Source: Mizuhopecten yessoensis
Lineage: Eukaryota
Length of the DNA: 64,000 nucleotides
Reading direction: 5' to 3'
NCBI RefSeq assembly: GCF_002113885.1
Contig: NW_018408109.1
Coordinates: 650,260 to 714,259 of the forward strand
Every line of letters begins with the position of its first letter. The first letter of the stretch is position 1. The notes beneath the pieces are model-generated. The model made no database searches. It was not told the DNA's origin and worked only from the letters and a program-made list of their open reading frames with translations. Of the stretch, positions 1-12,791 are shown piece by piece. The translations under genes were made by a program, and so were the position numbers.

Positions 1-1317
1 TTGCAATTTAATAGCATAATTAATTTGAAGTGTACAGCTGTTCCCAGTGTTCACTTAAATTACAAATATTTCTAATGGGACCAACTATTGTCAAATAAGT
101 AATTGGTAAAGTGGGGAAAATGGGGTGTACATCTGTTCCCAGTGTTCACTTTATTTGTCCTTATTTCAATTGTCCCAAGTTTTGCAATTTTGCACAAGTT
201 TGATCAAGTTGATCTGCAGTTATCTAAGTTTGGTTTGCCCTATGACTCTAATTTAGAGTCGGTAACCACATCTGTATGAAGCCGTGGCCATATAATCGCC
301 AAACCTTAAAAAATAAAAATATCATAGTAGCTAATTTGGTGTTTGCGTTGTTTGTGTCTTTGATAAAAGGTTCACTTCATACTTCATAGCTTGTACGAGA
401 GATACTCATTATCAGGTAGACATTCTCGGAAAAATGTTCTAATCCAACAATACTCAAGTATTTGTGAGGGTTAAGATATATTCTTCCTGCCTAATGAACA
501 TGTTCAGTGATACACAATACATTAGGTTACACAATGTTTAACAAATCTATTGGTATACTTACTTGAAATGCCGTTCATTTCTATTTATAAATTGACTGTG
601 AACTCACGATTCCCTGTTAAATGTTGCATCAGACTAGTTTTAGAAAAAGCGTTGCCCTCTCTGTCCTGTGTGTTCTTATATGTACAAGTCAGGAAGTGGC
701 TATTACAATTGTTTTTGGGCACAGGGTTACATTAATCCATTTTAATTACACCTATCTCATATGAACCGATACTTAAGAAGATATTATTGAGTAAAATACA
801 AAATAGCAACTTCATCTTCGAATCCTGTTTGGCAATTGTCTTTTTCTATTATGATAAGATATTTAGGCCTCTTAAATTCTTAAATTATTCCGAGAGAGCA
901 AATTAACTTATATTACATTAAAAATACGAGCAAATACTATATATTACCAGCACGACATGAATATAATACATAATATTATTGATATAATAGGTAATATATA
1001 TATATTTTGGGGCAAAATAAGGAAGCAAAAAGAAAGATTTATAGATAGGTAAAAGTATCATCAGAGAATAAATTACACTGCATTATACAGGTGTTTCGTC
1101 CTTCTAGGAACGTTGATGGTAGGGGCTAAACTATTGGAAATCGAAATTGGTTTAAACTACAAAAACAAATTAAATTTAATCTTACAGTAGGGTATTAATA
1201 TGTCTCTGACGTCATCAATCAAACGTAGTCTTGTATTAACATGTTCTGAGATTTATATTACATAGAAACTCGACTTTTGTTTCTAATGTGTGGATCAGTG
1301 TAAGTGAGGCCATTATC

Positions 1318-1412
1318 CCTTAAACCTGATCCACTCTTTCATATTAAAATTGGACTTGCCCAGTCTATGATTTGGTGAGGTTCAAATGTGACTGTAGGGG
1401 TGAATTAGTTTA
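1318..1412. mobile_element. Short (~90 bp) dispersed MITE-like element; related copy at ~55392-55481
   Basis: Shared core tggacttgcccagtct(a/t)tgatttg..gaggttcaaatgtgact.taggg at both sites, 54 kb apart. Confidence 0.55.
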
Positions 1413-2807
1413 GCATAAGAGGTGAGTAATAAAAATTTGTTTTAATATGAATTGCTTCCGCTACACCGAAACGCTGTGTTTAACGTTGTTCCCAAGTCAT
1501 ACTAGATATATTTATATTTGTGTAAGTTTGTATATACATATCTATAACATTCAAGTTGTCACTGGACGTTAATCTTAAGTAGGTCAAGTGTTCTGTCTGA
1601 TCCAATTGACGTTTCGTTACTAATAAATGATTTTAAAATTAACCAAAATGTCTTCAGATCCGGAATTATATTAGCAATTATTGTTTTAATCTTGATATGA
1701 ATAACATAGTTAATTACCAGACAGATTTAAAATTGACGGGAATGGATATCCGAATCAGTATCTAGAATCGATTACGAAAGATGACAAGAAATATCCAAAA
1801 TAAATAAACCGAAACATTGGCTGGAAGTATTTGAAATTCTCAACTCAATTGCTTTGGAACGAAGTATAAAACAGGGTACAATTTACAAATTCAATTGAAA
1901 TTGTATTGAAAACAAAAGGTTCACTTCATTTGTTATGTCCTAGCTTGTACGAGAGATACTCATTATGAAAATAACAAGTATTTTATTTGTAGCAATTTCC
2001 TGATTTTTAAAAGTAGTGTTAAACAGTGCATGTTATATTTTGAAGGATGTGTTACTTGTATAAAATACTCAGATAAATTTGCTTATTATTTCACATTAAT
2101 CGAATCTTTCTGAAAAATGGCGCCGATCAATGTATCAAAAATAGCAATCTACAGAAACAGTCCACAGTTTACATGTATATACCATGTTTACCTACAATCT
2201 CCATGACTCCATGTATCCCTGTTGACAGTGGACCTTTTATCACTGGCAAGAGACTAATAGAATCTCTAATGATCTCTGCTAGGCAAACATAACTTTTGTA
2301 ACAAAGATATGTCAATAGAAACATAATATTATTTTGTCTGCTAAGATAATGTATGAACAATGAAACATGCAGAGAAATATTTTTTTCCTAAACATCTTCA
2401 TCATTAAGGCTTCGGTCATACATATTTGATATTTCAAAGGACATGATTCATTGTTACCACCGGTTTCAATTGGATCTCAAGAAAATCCGCATAATTAGCG
2501 TGTCAAACATCTCAAATTTACAAACACTATCTTAATAAGTATATGTTATCTTCAATAAAGGTCAGAATTCATTCCCTGTTGCAACAGTGACCATGCATAA
2601 CATAATATAAGACATCAGGGCTTTATACACATTTTAAATTTGTTATCATTCTTGGTGATTCTACCAAATCGGAGAAAATATGGACAGTTTTCAATTTTTT
2701 GAAAATAAAAATATATTTTAAAGCACAAACTGACTAGAGATTGCAATTTCAATTATTGTCAAATCTCTGTCAACACAACAAGCGCTTACAATAAGTACGA
2801 TTCTACG

Positions 2808-2907
2808 CAAACTGATTAAATCATCTGTTACATGGCTCCATTAACTTCGTACTACGCATGAAGTAGGAAGCTAACGGAGGCACGTAACTGATGATTTAAT
2901 CAGATTG
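2808..2907. mobile_element. 100-bp foldback MITE with 9-bp TSD (Mutator-like)
   Basis: Arms caaactgattaaatcatc…/…gatgatttaatcagattg; direct repeat gattctacg at 2799-2807 and 2908-2916. Confidence 0.8.
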
Positions 2908-3593
2908 GATTCTACGCTCAGCACTTCAAGTAAAATTGTCAAACGACCAGATGGTGCTATGCTGAAACGCGAGCACTTCTGTCACCAAGAAAGTTTACCA
3001 AGTAGAAATCCCTAACATGAGTCTTGCCAAATTGATTCAAAACCCCCAAGCCGTTCTAGATATGGAATAGTTGTCTTCCGATTGGGTCATTCGGACGACA
3101 ACAACTACGCCAGGGTTGGGGTAATCCAAATGAAATATCATAGATGATATTTTTGAACATCATATTGAATAATTCATTGACATCAAATACTTATCTGCTC
3201 AAACGGCTTTAAGATAAATTAAATCACAACTTTCAATTATCAATATATATAGAAATCATATTCATATATATTAGAAGTAAGTTTACGTACCTTATATGAA
3301 CTTTGGGAATCTCTACGAAAATTGGTTCATCTAAGAAAACATATTCACTGTGTTTTAGTCCATAGAAAAAACATATATGCAACGACACAGACTTGGATTC
3401 TCTCTCTAGTACCCTATCATTAAATATGTCGACAAAACCACTCGTCTTTAATGTTTAAGTGTTATAATACTTAATACACTTCCGTCGTAACTTAAATGTC
3501 GATCACCGTACCTGTATCTCATCCAGCTCAGGAAATAAAATAATATTTATAAAAAATAAACTGAAACTTTACCGTCGATAAAACCAAACATCA

Positions 3594-3838
3594 AGGCTCA
3601 GTTGTTCAAAAGGTGATAACACGTAGCTTAGTCAATGTTTAACGGCATTTTCAAACTCTACTTATTTGGTCAAAATACCTAAACAAAAACTTGTAGCTTT
3701 GTCTTTATTTTACTCTACTAAACTTTTTACAATCTGTTAGGGTTTAACTCAGTTTATTGTTGTATTTTAAAAAGACACTAAGTAACACATTTGCGCTAAT
3801 CACTGATTAAGCTTCTCACTATTTGAACAACTGGGCCC
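3594..3838. mobile_element. MITE with terminal inverted repeats
   Basis: ggctcagttgttcaaa … tttgaacaactgggcc. Confidence 0.65.
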
Positions 3839-6027
3839 CTGTTTGTTTGCATGTTTGCTTGTAGGCTTATATTGCAGACAAACGGGTATCAACATTCAAC
3901 TTTTACTTATATCTTTATTTTCGTTTATTTTTATATATGTATTTGTACTTCTGGTGTACCAAAGTTCCCATTCGTAAAGCGGGTTGTGTAGACATTGAGT
4001 TTCAACGTGTGATGACGCCTGTGTTTTGTTTTGGTTTTTAATACCATCAACCAAGAAGTAAAAACAAATAGGAAGAACATTTATAAAGATATTAATAGCA
4101 TTTTTTCTCTTGAGGATGATATACAGGTTTAGCACTGGGCTCATGTTCCCGTTTCACATGGTCACCCAGTTAGTAAAATACGTGTGTTAATTACAAATGT
4201 CTTGATACGTTCCAGACACAAACACTCATATGAAGAATGATATCACAAGTTTCTAAGAAAATATTACCTAAAACTTATTATCGAAGTATTTTTTAAATAT
4301 AAATAATACAGAATGCACAAAAATCTGGCAAAATTGTTTCATAAATTAAATTATATTATATAAATATTATATCGTATTATATTATATTATGTTATATTAC
4401 ATCATATTATATTGTATTATAGTAGATGACAACTTATTCCTACACCCGCAATGGTTTGATCACGAGGTCGTTGATTTGTGATATTAACCCGGTGTTAATA
4501 TTCTTAGGAACAATACGTTAATATTATCATTTTATTTACCTCAACACTAGTCAATATTACATAAACACATACATTCTACATGTGACATTACAAAAACAGA
4601 ACATATGAAATATTTACCTAATCATACGCTAAAGTGCCAGATTTGTTTAAATGTAGTTTAAAATTATAAGATGTATTGACATTCTTTAACTCGTTTTGAA
4701 CTCCATCCAAAAGATGAAGACCAGCAATAAAAATTATTTGGAATGTAACGGATTTTTGTGTGTGTTTCGTAACACATAATATTTGCATTCGAAAAGAATT
4801 GTAAACTTCAGTTTGTCAATCATTGGGAGATATCGACAAATTCTTCGTAACAATCCTATGTCCTATCTAATTTTTGTAACAGAGGACTAAATATGACTGA
4901 TGGGTTTACTCAAATTGAACATCTGTTATATGTTAATTTCAATGTGTAATCGTTATGGGATAACCTTTGTTCTCGCACAACTTCCTTCAAACAGTTTTCC
5001 TCAAATTCATAAACATTTTATTTTCCTCCCAACAAATTTCAAAATTAGATTAGTTATCACGTTTTTCCAATGCACTTCTAGGTTTTAGTCATCATTTCCT
5101 GTAAACCTTTTAAGGCGGAAACATACCATTGATGATGTCTAGCGTGCACGTGTTTACAGACAAGAGGTTAAGTGGTATAGAGGGTTCACATATTTAACAC
5201 TATAATTATTACAGTTATTTTACAATACAATTTAATACCTTATATAATATACTTGACTTTTGATATATACATAGCCCAGTAAATACGTTTTTGATTTTAC
5301 ACGCTCTGAAACCTTGTCATGTTTTTATGACTGCTGAAGTGTATATTCTGTACTGGGAAATTTTCTTCAAATTACATGTTCGCCCTTCGACAGTAAAATC
5401 CATTTTCGCCTAATGTCAAATTCGCCCTTCACATTTAATTACTATGTATTATGTTGTTGACAAATGTTCGCTGTATTGGTAAAATCGCCCTCATTACCGG
5501 GGATCGAAAAAGGCTTAATTTAAACTTCAGCAAATATACCCCCGTATACTATTAGGTAACATTAACCTAGAACATATATATAATTATGTCTGACACCAGA
5601 TGAGATGAAAGCACTTATGACATGTTGTTTAGACTTTTTCTATTTATAGTATACATTTATATAATTGACTCAGTATAAATTGACGAAAAGGTAAGGACTA
5701 AAAATTCAGTACAACTATAGCTTTAACGATATAAATAAAAGAGGATGCTTATATGCGAGTAAATCAATCTCTGTATGTATTTCAAACAGCTATCTTCGTG
5801 CCTTCAATTTGCTATGACATATTCTAGGGGTGTAGAGAGCGAAAGAGAGCGGAACCCCTGGATATCGAGGATGCCTTGTATCTTGACAAATGAAGGTACG
5901 ATACACATAGGTGATTGCACCTATACAATTTGGTGACCGATATAGTACGACGAAAATAAATTACACTGCATGATAGAACGGTGATGCATATGAGCCATGT
6001 CACACCCAAGATTGTATCCGTCCACTA

Positions 6028-8930
6028 ATGTAGCCCGACTACAGCAGTGGGTCCTGGGTGTAGCCCGAATACAGCAGTGGGTACTGGGTGTAGCCCGAAT
6101 ACAGCAGTGGGTACTGGGTGTAGCCCGAATACAGCAGTGGGTACTGGGTGTAGCCCGACTACAGTAGTGGGTACTGGGTGTAGCCCGACTACAGTAGTCG
6201 GTACTGGGTGTAAAGCCCCGACAACAGTAGTTGGTACTGGGTGTAGCCCGAATACAGCAGTGGGTACTGGGTGTAGCCCGACTACAGCAGTGGGTACTGG
6301 GTGTAGCCCGACTACAGCAGTGGGTACTGGGTGTAGCCCGACTACAGCAGTGGGTACTGGGTGTAGCCCGACTACAGCAGTGGGTACTGGGTGTAGCCCG
6401 ACTACAGCAGTGGGTACTGGGTGTAGCCCGACTACAGCAGTGGGTACTGGGTGTAGCCCGACTACAGCAGTGGGTACTGGGTGTAGCCCGACTACAGCAG
6501 TGGGTACTGGGTGTAGCCCGACTACAGCAGTGGGTACTGGGTGTAGCCCGACTACAGCAGTGGGTACTGGGTGTAGCCCGACTACAGCAGTGGGTACTGG
6601 GTGTAGCCCGACTACAGCAGTGGGTACTGGGTGTAGCCCGACTACAGCAGTGGGTACTGGGTGTAGCCCGACTACAGCAGTGGGTACTGGGTGTAGCCCG
6701 ACTACAGCAGTGGGTACTGGGTGTAGCCCGACTACAGCAGTGGGTACTGGGTGTAGCCCGACTACAGCAGTGGGTACTGGGTGTAGCCCGACTACAGCAG
6801 TGGGTACTGGGTGTAGCCCGACTACAGCAGTGGGTACTGGGTGTAGCCCGACTACAGCAGTGGGTACTGGGTGTAGCCCGACTACAGCAGTGGGTACTGG
6901 GTGTAGCCCGACTACAGCAGTGGGTACTGGGTGTAGCCCGACTACAGCAGTGGGTACTGGGTGTAGCCCGACTACAGCAGTGGGTACTGGGTGTAGCCCG
7001 ACTACAGCAGTGGGTACTGGGTGTAGCCCGACTACAGCAGTGGGTACTGGGTGTAGCCCGACTACAGCAGTGGGTACTGGGTGTAGCCCGACTACAGCAG
7101 TGGGTACTGGGTGTAGCCCGACTACAGCAGTGGGTACTGGGTGTAGCCCGACTACAGCAGTGGGTACTGGGTGTAGCCCGACTACAGCAGTGGGTACTGG
7201 GTGTAGCCCGACTACAGCAGTGGGTACTGGGTGTAGCCCGACTACAGCAGTGGGTACTGGGTGTAGCCCGACTACAGCAGTGGGTACTGGGTGTAGCCCG
7301 ACTACAGCAGTGGGTACTGGGTGTAGCCCGACTACAGCAGTGGGTACTGGGTGTAGCCCGACTACAGCAGTGGGTACTGGGTGTAGCCCGACTACAGCAG
7401 TGGGTACTGGGTGTAGCCCGACTACAGCAGTGGGTACTGGGTGTAGCCCGACTACAGCAGTGGGTACTGGGTGTAGCCCGACTACAGCAGTGGGTACTGG
7501 GTGTAGCCCGACTACAGCAGTGGGTACTGGGTGTAGCCCGACTACAGCAGTGGGTACTGGGTGTAGCCCGACTACAGCAGTGGGTACTGGGTGTAGCCCG
7601 ACTACAGCAGTGGGTACTGGGTGTAGCCCGACTACAGCAGTGGGTACTGGGTGTAGCCCGACTACAGCAGTGGGTACTGGGTGTAGCCCGACTACAGCAG
7701 TGGGTACTGGGTGTAGCCCGACTACAGCAGTGGGTACTGGGTGTAGCCCGACTACAGCAGTGGGTACTGGGTGTAGCCCGACTACAGCAGTGGGTACTGG
7801 GTGTAGCCCGACTACAGCAGTGGGTACTGGGTGTAGCCCGACTACAGCAGTGGGTACTGGGTGTAGCCCGACTACAGCAGTGGGTACTGGGTGTAGCCCG
7901 ACTACAGCAGTGGGTACTGGGTGTAGCCCGACTACAGCAGTGGGTACTGGGTGTAGCCCGACTACAGCAGTGGGTACTGGGTGTAGCCCGACTACAGCAG
8001 TGGGTACTGGGTGTAGCCCGACTACAGCAGTGGGTACTGGGTGTAGCCCGACTACAGCAGTGGGTACTGGGTGTAGCCCGACTACAGCAGTGGGTACTGG
8101 GTGTAGCCCGACTACAGCAGTGGGTACTGGGTGTAGCCCGACTACAGCAGTGGGTACTGGGTGTAGCCCGACTACAGCAGTGGGTACTGGGTGTAGCCCG
8201 ACTACAGCAGTGGGTACTGGGTGTAGCCCGACTACAGCAGTGGGTACTGGGTGTAGCCCGACTACAGCAGTGGGTACTGGGTGTAGCCCGACTACAGCAG
8301 TGGGTACTGGGTGTAGCCCGACTACAGCAGTGGGTACTGGGTGTAGCCCGACTACAGCAGTGGGTACTGGGTGTAGCCCGACTACAGCAGTGGGTACTGG
8401 GTGTAGCCCGACTACAGCAGTGGGTACTGGGTGTAGCCCGACTACAGCAGTGGGTACTGGGTGTAGCCCGACTACAGCAGTGGGTACTGGGTGTAGCCCG
8501 ACTACAGCAGTGGGTACTGGGTGTAGCCCGACTACAGCAGTGGGTACTGGGTGTAGCCCGACTACAGCAGTGGGTACTGGGTGTAGCCCGACTACAGCAG
8601 TGGGTACTGGGTGTAGCCCGACTACAGCAGTGGGTACTGGGTGTAGCCCGACTACAGCAGTGGGTACTGGGTGTAGCCCGACTACAGCAGTGGGTACTGG
8701 GTGTAGCCCGACTACAGCAGTGGGTACTGGGTGTAGCCCGACTACAGCAGTGGGTACTGGGTGTAGCCCGACTACAGCAGTAGGTACTGGGTGTAGCCCG
8801 ACTACAGCAGTGGGTACTGGGTGTAGCCCGACTACAGCAGTGGGTACTGGGTGTAGCCCGACTACAGTAGTGGGTACTGNCCGACTACAGCAGTGGGTAC
8901 TGGGTGTAGCCCGACTACAGCTGTGAGTAC
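6028..8930. repeat. 30-bp GC-rich minisatellite, ~95 nearly identical copies
   Basis: Unit gtgtagcccgactacagcagtgggtactgg repeated; variants only at the edges; single N at 8880. Confidence 0.98.
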
Positions 8931-9007
8931 TGTGTCCCTCCATAATCGGGTGTTTCCTTCTTTGTCTTCAATAAAGATGAGAACCCACATTTGATCAGCT
9001 GCCCCTA

Positions 9008-9538
9008 ATATGACCTTGGCTGTTGTGTCTCTCTAGGCTCCCGTCCTCATATGACCTTGGCTGTTGTGTCTCCCTAGGCACTCGTCCTCATAATACATTG
9101 GCTGTTGTGTCTCCCTAGGCACTCGTCCTCACATGACCTTGGCTGTTGTGTCTCCCTAGGCACTCGTCCTCATATGACCTTGGCTGTTGTGTCTCCCTAG
9201 GCACTCGTCCTCATATGAGCTTGGCTGTTGTGTCTCCCTATGCACTCGTCCTCGTATGACCTTGGCTGTTGTGTCTCCCTAGGATCTCGTCCTCATATAA
9301 CCTTAGCTGTTGTGTCTCCCTAGGCTATCCTCATATGACCTTGACTGCTGTGTCTGCCTAGGCACTCGTCCTCATATGACTCTGGCTGTTGTCTCCCTAG
9401 GCGTTCGTCCTCATATGACCTTGACTATTGTGTCTCCCTAGGCACTCGTCCTCATATGACCTTGGCTGTTGTGTCTCCCTAGGCACTCGTCCTCATAGGA
9501 CTCTGGCTGTTGCAAGGACGTTGAACACCAAAAAAAAA
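9008..9538 (+). repeat. ~40-bp tandem array (~13 copies) of SINE 3'-tail sequence, ending in an A-rich tail
   Basis: Unit atatgaccttggctgttgtgtctccctaggcactcgtcctc; last unit ends gctgttgcaaggacgttgaacaccaaaaaaaa, resembling the SINE tail at 60940-60995. Confidence 0.85.
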
Positions 9539-11469
9539 TACAATTGTGATTTTTTTAAGAGAAACAATAATGACTGATGATATCCATACATGTACAGGGA
9601 CCTTCAATCATATAGCGACGAGGAATAGAAAATATTGAAACCTTAAATACAGGTTTACGAGTATCTCTTAATACTTGAACTTTAAAAAACTAATTACTGT
9701 AGATAACTAAATTCAGGGAAATAAGAAACACATAATCAATTTATCTAGCCTGCGCAAAATATTAATTGCTGGTGTGAAAATCGTTCTTGTAAGATATTTA
9801 AATTTTAAAAAGGGTATAAAATATACTGAAACGTTAGCTATAGGTTCAAGTGGATCTCTGAAACACAATATATGCAGATGTATGTTAAAAGCGTTTATCA
9901 GGTGATCAGGTACTTAAAAATTACACCTAGCGTTACAGATAAAATTTCCAAGAATTTCCAGATCATTGTCTGCTATGATCAAATACCTTGTTCAATGTGC
10001 CCTAGATCACTGGTACATTATACCTACATCAGGATGGATGCGAGGTTTGTTTAAGAGTCACGTTCATCTTTCAAGGTTCTGCTATGGTAGACCCTGCTGA
10101 TGGATAGTCCCCGAGGTTTGTTGTAACCTGGATGGCCACAGTTATATCATTGGAGTAGTGGCACGGTTCAAGATACAAACACTTTACATATTATTTAATT
10201 TGAAATCAACTAGTACTCCATTAAGTTTTAATTCTGATAAATTAAGGAGTTTTATTCACCTGCCCATCTGTTTCAACAGTAGTTTAAACCATTTTGATAT
10301 CCCAATATTTGGTCCCTAGAATCACCTATGTATCCTTGAAGGATGAAACAGCTGTAGGGTGCAGTGTAGTTAATTTTGGCATACTGTACCCTTTACCAAA
10401 TTTCAATAGTGCAATCAACTGTGTGCGTGTTATGTTCATCATTCGTTATGAAACAGAAAACTTGTGGGAAAGTATACACTTTGCTAGCCAGGTGTTGAGG
10501 ACTCACTTTGTCATATCTTTTACCTTGGTAAAGACTTAACTGAAATGACATATATTTTTTTTTTAAATCCTGAAATCACACTTTCAGCTCCTTTTCAATG
10601 CATAAAGGACGTCCTCCAATGTTTCTTGTGGTATCAGATGGCTATATTGTGTCCCTCCTTAGTCCATATTTAGCAGATTGTGGAAATAATGATGTAAATA
10701 TTACCAAATGTCTCACATTTGACAACAAATGTAGAGAATATCAAAAATGCTTTCATTAGTTCTTTTCTTTCTTTCTTTCCTTCCTTTCCTTCATTCCTTT
10801 CAACGAGTCAGAAGCATCACACATATGCTGAAAGTAATGAATCCTGCTTTGCTACAAACGTAAGATGGGTTGTTGAGTCGGCAATTTGGTGAACTGAGCA
10901 GTGGAAGACATTGGGATATGATTCAACAGCCAAGTTCCTGTTGTGGAGTACATTGTGATGTATGTGCATTATGTAATATTTTATTCCCGTTTTGCCTCCG
11001 TTATTCTCAGTGACACTGTCATTCTCCATATAATGCAAGCTCGGTCACCGATTACCAGTAAATAGCAATGTTGTGTTAAGATTGAGGGCAAGTGGCGATG
11101 ATGAGACCAGTTTCCCCGACTTCCCTAAAAAAGACAAAACTTAGATTTAGAGGTTAGATTAGGGAGCAAATTCGGGTACAAACATTTGGATCGAAAATTC
11201 TTTGGTTGACTCCAGTTTTAGTATTGCCAATGTAAAATGGGCGCCAGAATGATGGACTGCTGAGCCCCAATTGACTTTGTCCGCTGATACTTTTCTGATG
11301 ACCGTCATTAACTTGCAATTGGTATAGCACAACCAAGTGCCCCATCAAACAATCTCATCATGCTAAATACATTTCCACGATGTATTTAAGGCTGTATCTG
11401 TTGCATGGAATTTAGTAAACAAACCCTGCTTTAACCTGTTTCGGCAATTTGTCTTTCGGATGAACTAAA

Positions 11470-12020
11470 AGTTACTTGATGGTGTTGTATGGTCGCATGG
11501 GCGTGCTGGTGTGAGGTTTGCACAGCACTCTTGAAATTGCTTCAGACACCCCTTTTATGTATGGGATAGTGACCATGCCGTTGGTTTTCCTCTGTGTGTT
11601 TGTACGTTTTTGTTTCTTGGGGCCATCAGCATTGACTTTATTTTCTATTTGTTTTTCTCCTTTCCTTATCGACCATTTGGGGTATCCACATGTTGTCAGG
11701 GCCTGTTTGATGTGTCGCTTTTCGAATTCCATGTCTTCCTGTTCAGTTACGAAGCCATTGTACCTGTCCAGGAGAGTGCGAACTACCACTAACTTCTGAT
11801 GCAATGAATGGTGTGAACTGAAGCTGAGATACTGGTCTGTGTGAGTGGGTTTTTTCTGTATACCAGCAATTTGATGGAACCGTCAGCTCCTCTTACGATA
11901 AGGGTATCAAAGAAAGGATGTCAATTCCATGGAGCCTGCATCATCCACTTGGTTTAGGTGAGTTGATAGATTGTTTACCTCACCTTTCTTGACTACTTCC
12001 AAGATATCATCAAAATATCC
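11470..12020 (-). pseudogene. Decayed Penelope-like retroelement fragment (RT palm/thumb to linker, GIY-YIG absent)
   Basis: Minus-strand translation with indels: YFDD-type motif, FLDTLI, LLVYRK-THTDQYLSFSSHH, HQKLVVVRTLLDR, ALTTCGYPKW, VTIPYIKGVSEAISR. These are motifs typical of Penelope-like RTs. Confidence 0.85.
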
Positions 12021-12388
12021 AATAAGGGTCGAAATGGGTAAACATGTTACCCGTCCCCCTGACTGCCTGCAGTATTAGAGGGCGAAATGTCTCTATAATT
12101 TATGACAGCTGATTATACTTGATTCGGCACGCTGGGGCTAATTGCGTTGTTTTCAGCGGTTTAGAGTCGAGACACCGGTCATTTGCACTCTTTGCTTGAC
12201 AAAGGAAACAGATGTTTTCGAAAGCTCGGATAATAAGTTTTCAATTCGTGTTTGTATTCAAAACAAACTTAGTCTTTATTATTCATACCAAACTGATGAA
12301 TCTTATTCCGAATGAAGATACTATACATTCCTGTTCTTCTGTCTAAAAACCGGTACATCTTGGTACCAGGCTCTATGACTTGGATGCT

Positions 12389-12791
12389 TATGTGGCAGGT
12401 TTTAATTGTAAATATGATTACGGTCGTCTTCTGGCTTCGAGCTAGAGGGAATTTCCTTTAACTCAGTGGTAGAGCGTCCGACTAGGAACCTAGGAACCGT
12501 GGGTCCGATCCCCGATGGAAGCAAATTATTATCTTTCCTGTTACAAATGATGTTTGCAGTCCTCCCTGTGGTGACACGGAGTTAGAGCCTGGGTTGTGAT
12601 GTTCGAGGGCGAACACATTTAAATAGGGGGAGTTGTGTGGCAGTTTGTAATTGTACATGTAATTACGACCGCCTTCTAACTTCGAGTTAGAGGGAAATTC
12701 CTTTTAGCTCAGTGGTAGAGCGTCCGACTAAAAACCTAAGGATCTTGGGTACGATCCCCGGTGGAAGCACATCATTCTCTTTTCTGTTACA
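12389..12791 (+). mobile_element. TRIM-like non-autonomous LTR element with a tRNA-like segment in each LTR
   Basis: Direct repeats ~12389-12545 and ~12634-12791 (t(a/g)tgtggcag…ctgttaca), each with an A-box (ta(g/a)ctcagtggtagagc) and degenerate B-box (ggt.cgatccc). The 88-bp spacer ends in a purine tract aaatagggggag. Confidence 0.7.

Noticed and set aside
6025-8943. 850-972-aa ORFs in three frames
   Set aside because: By-product of a stop-free 30-bp unit. There is no synonymous variation, no unique domain and no splice context, so they are not called as genes.
11290-12320. Hammerhead ribozyme near the Penelope relic (ctgatga at ~11294 and ~12293)
   Set aside because: No properly spaced GAAA core or supporting stems visible, and it is on the opposite strand to the element.
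12453-12768. Two tRNA genes
   Set aside because: Degenerate T-arm and anticodon arms, embedded in longer direct repeats. Better explained as tRNA-derived parts of a mobile element; the same applies to the SINE heads at 14128, 29858, 60620 and 62010.
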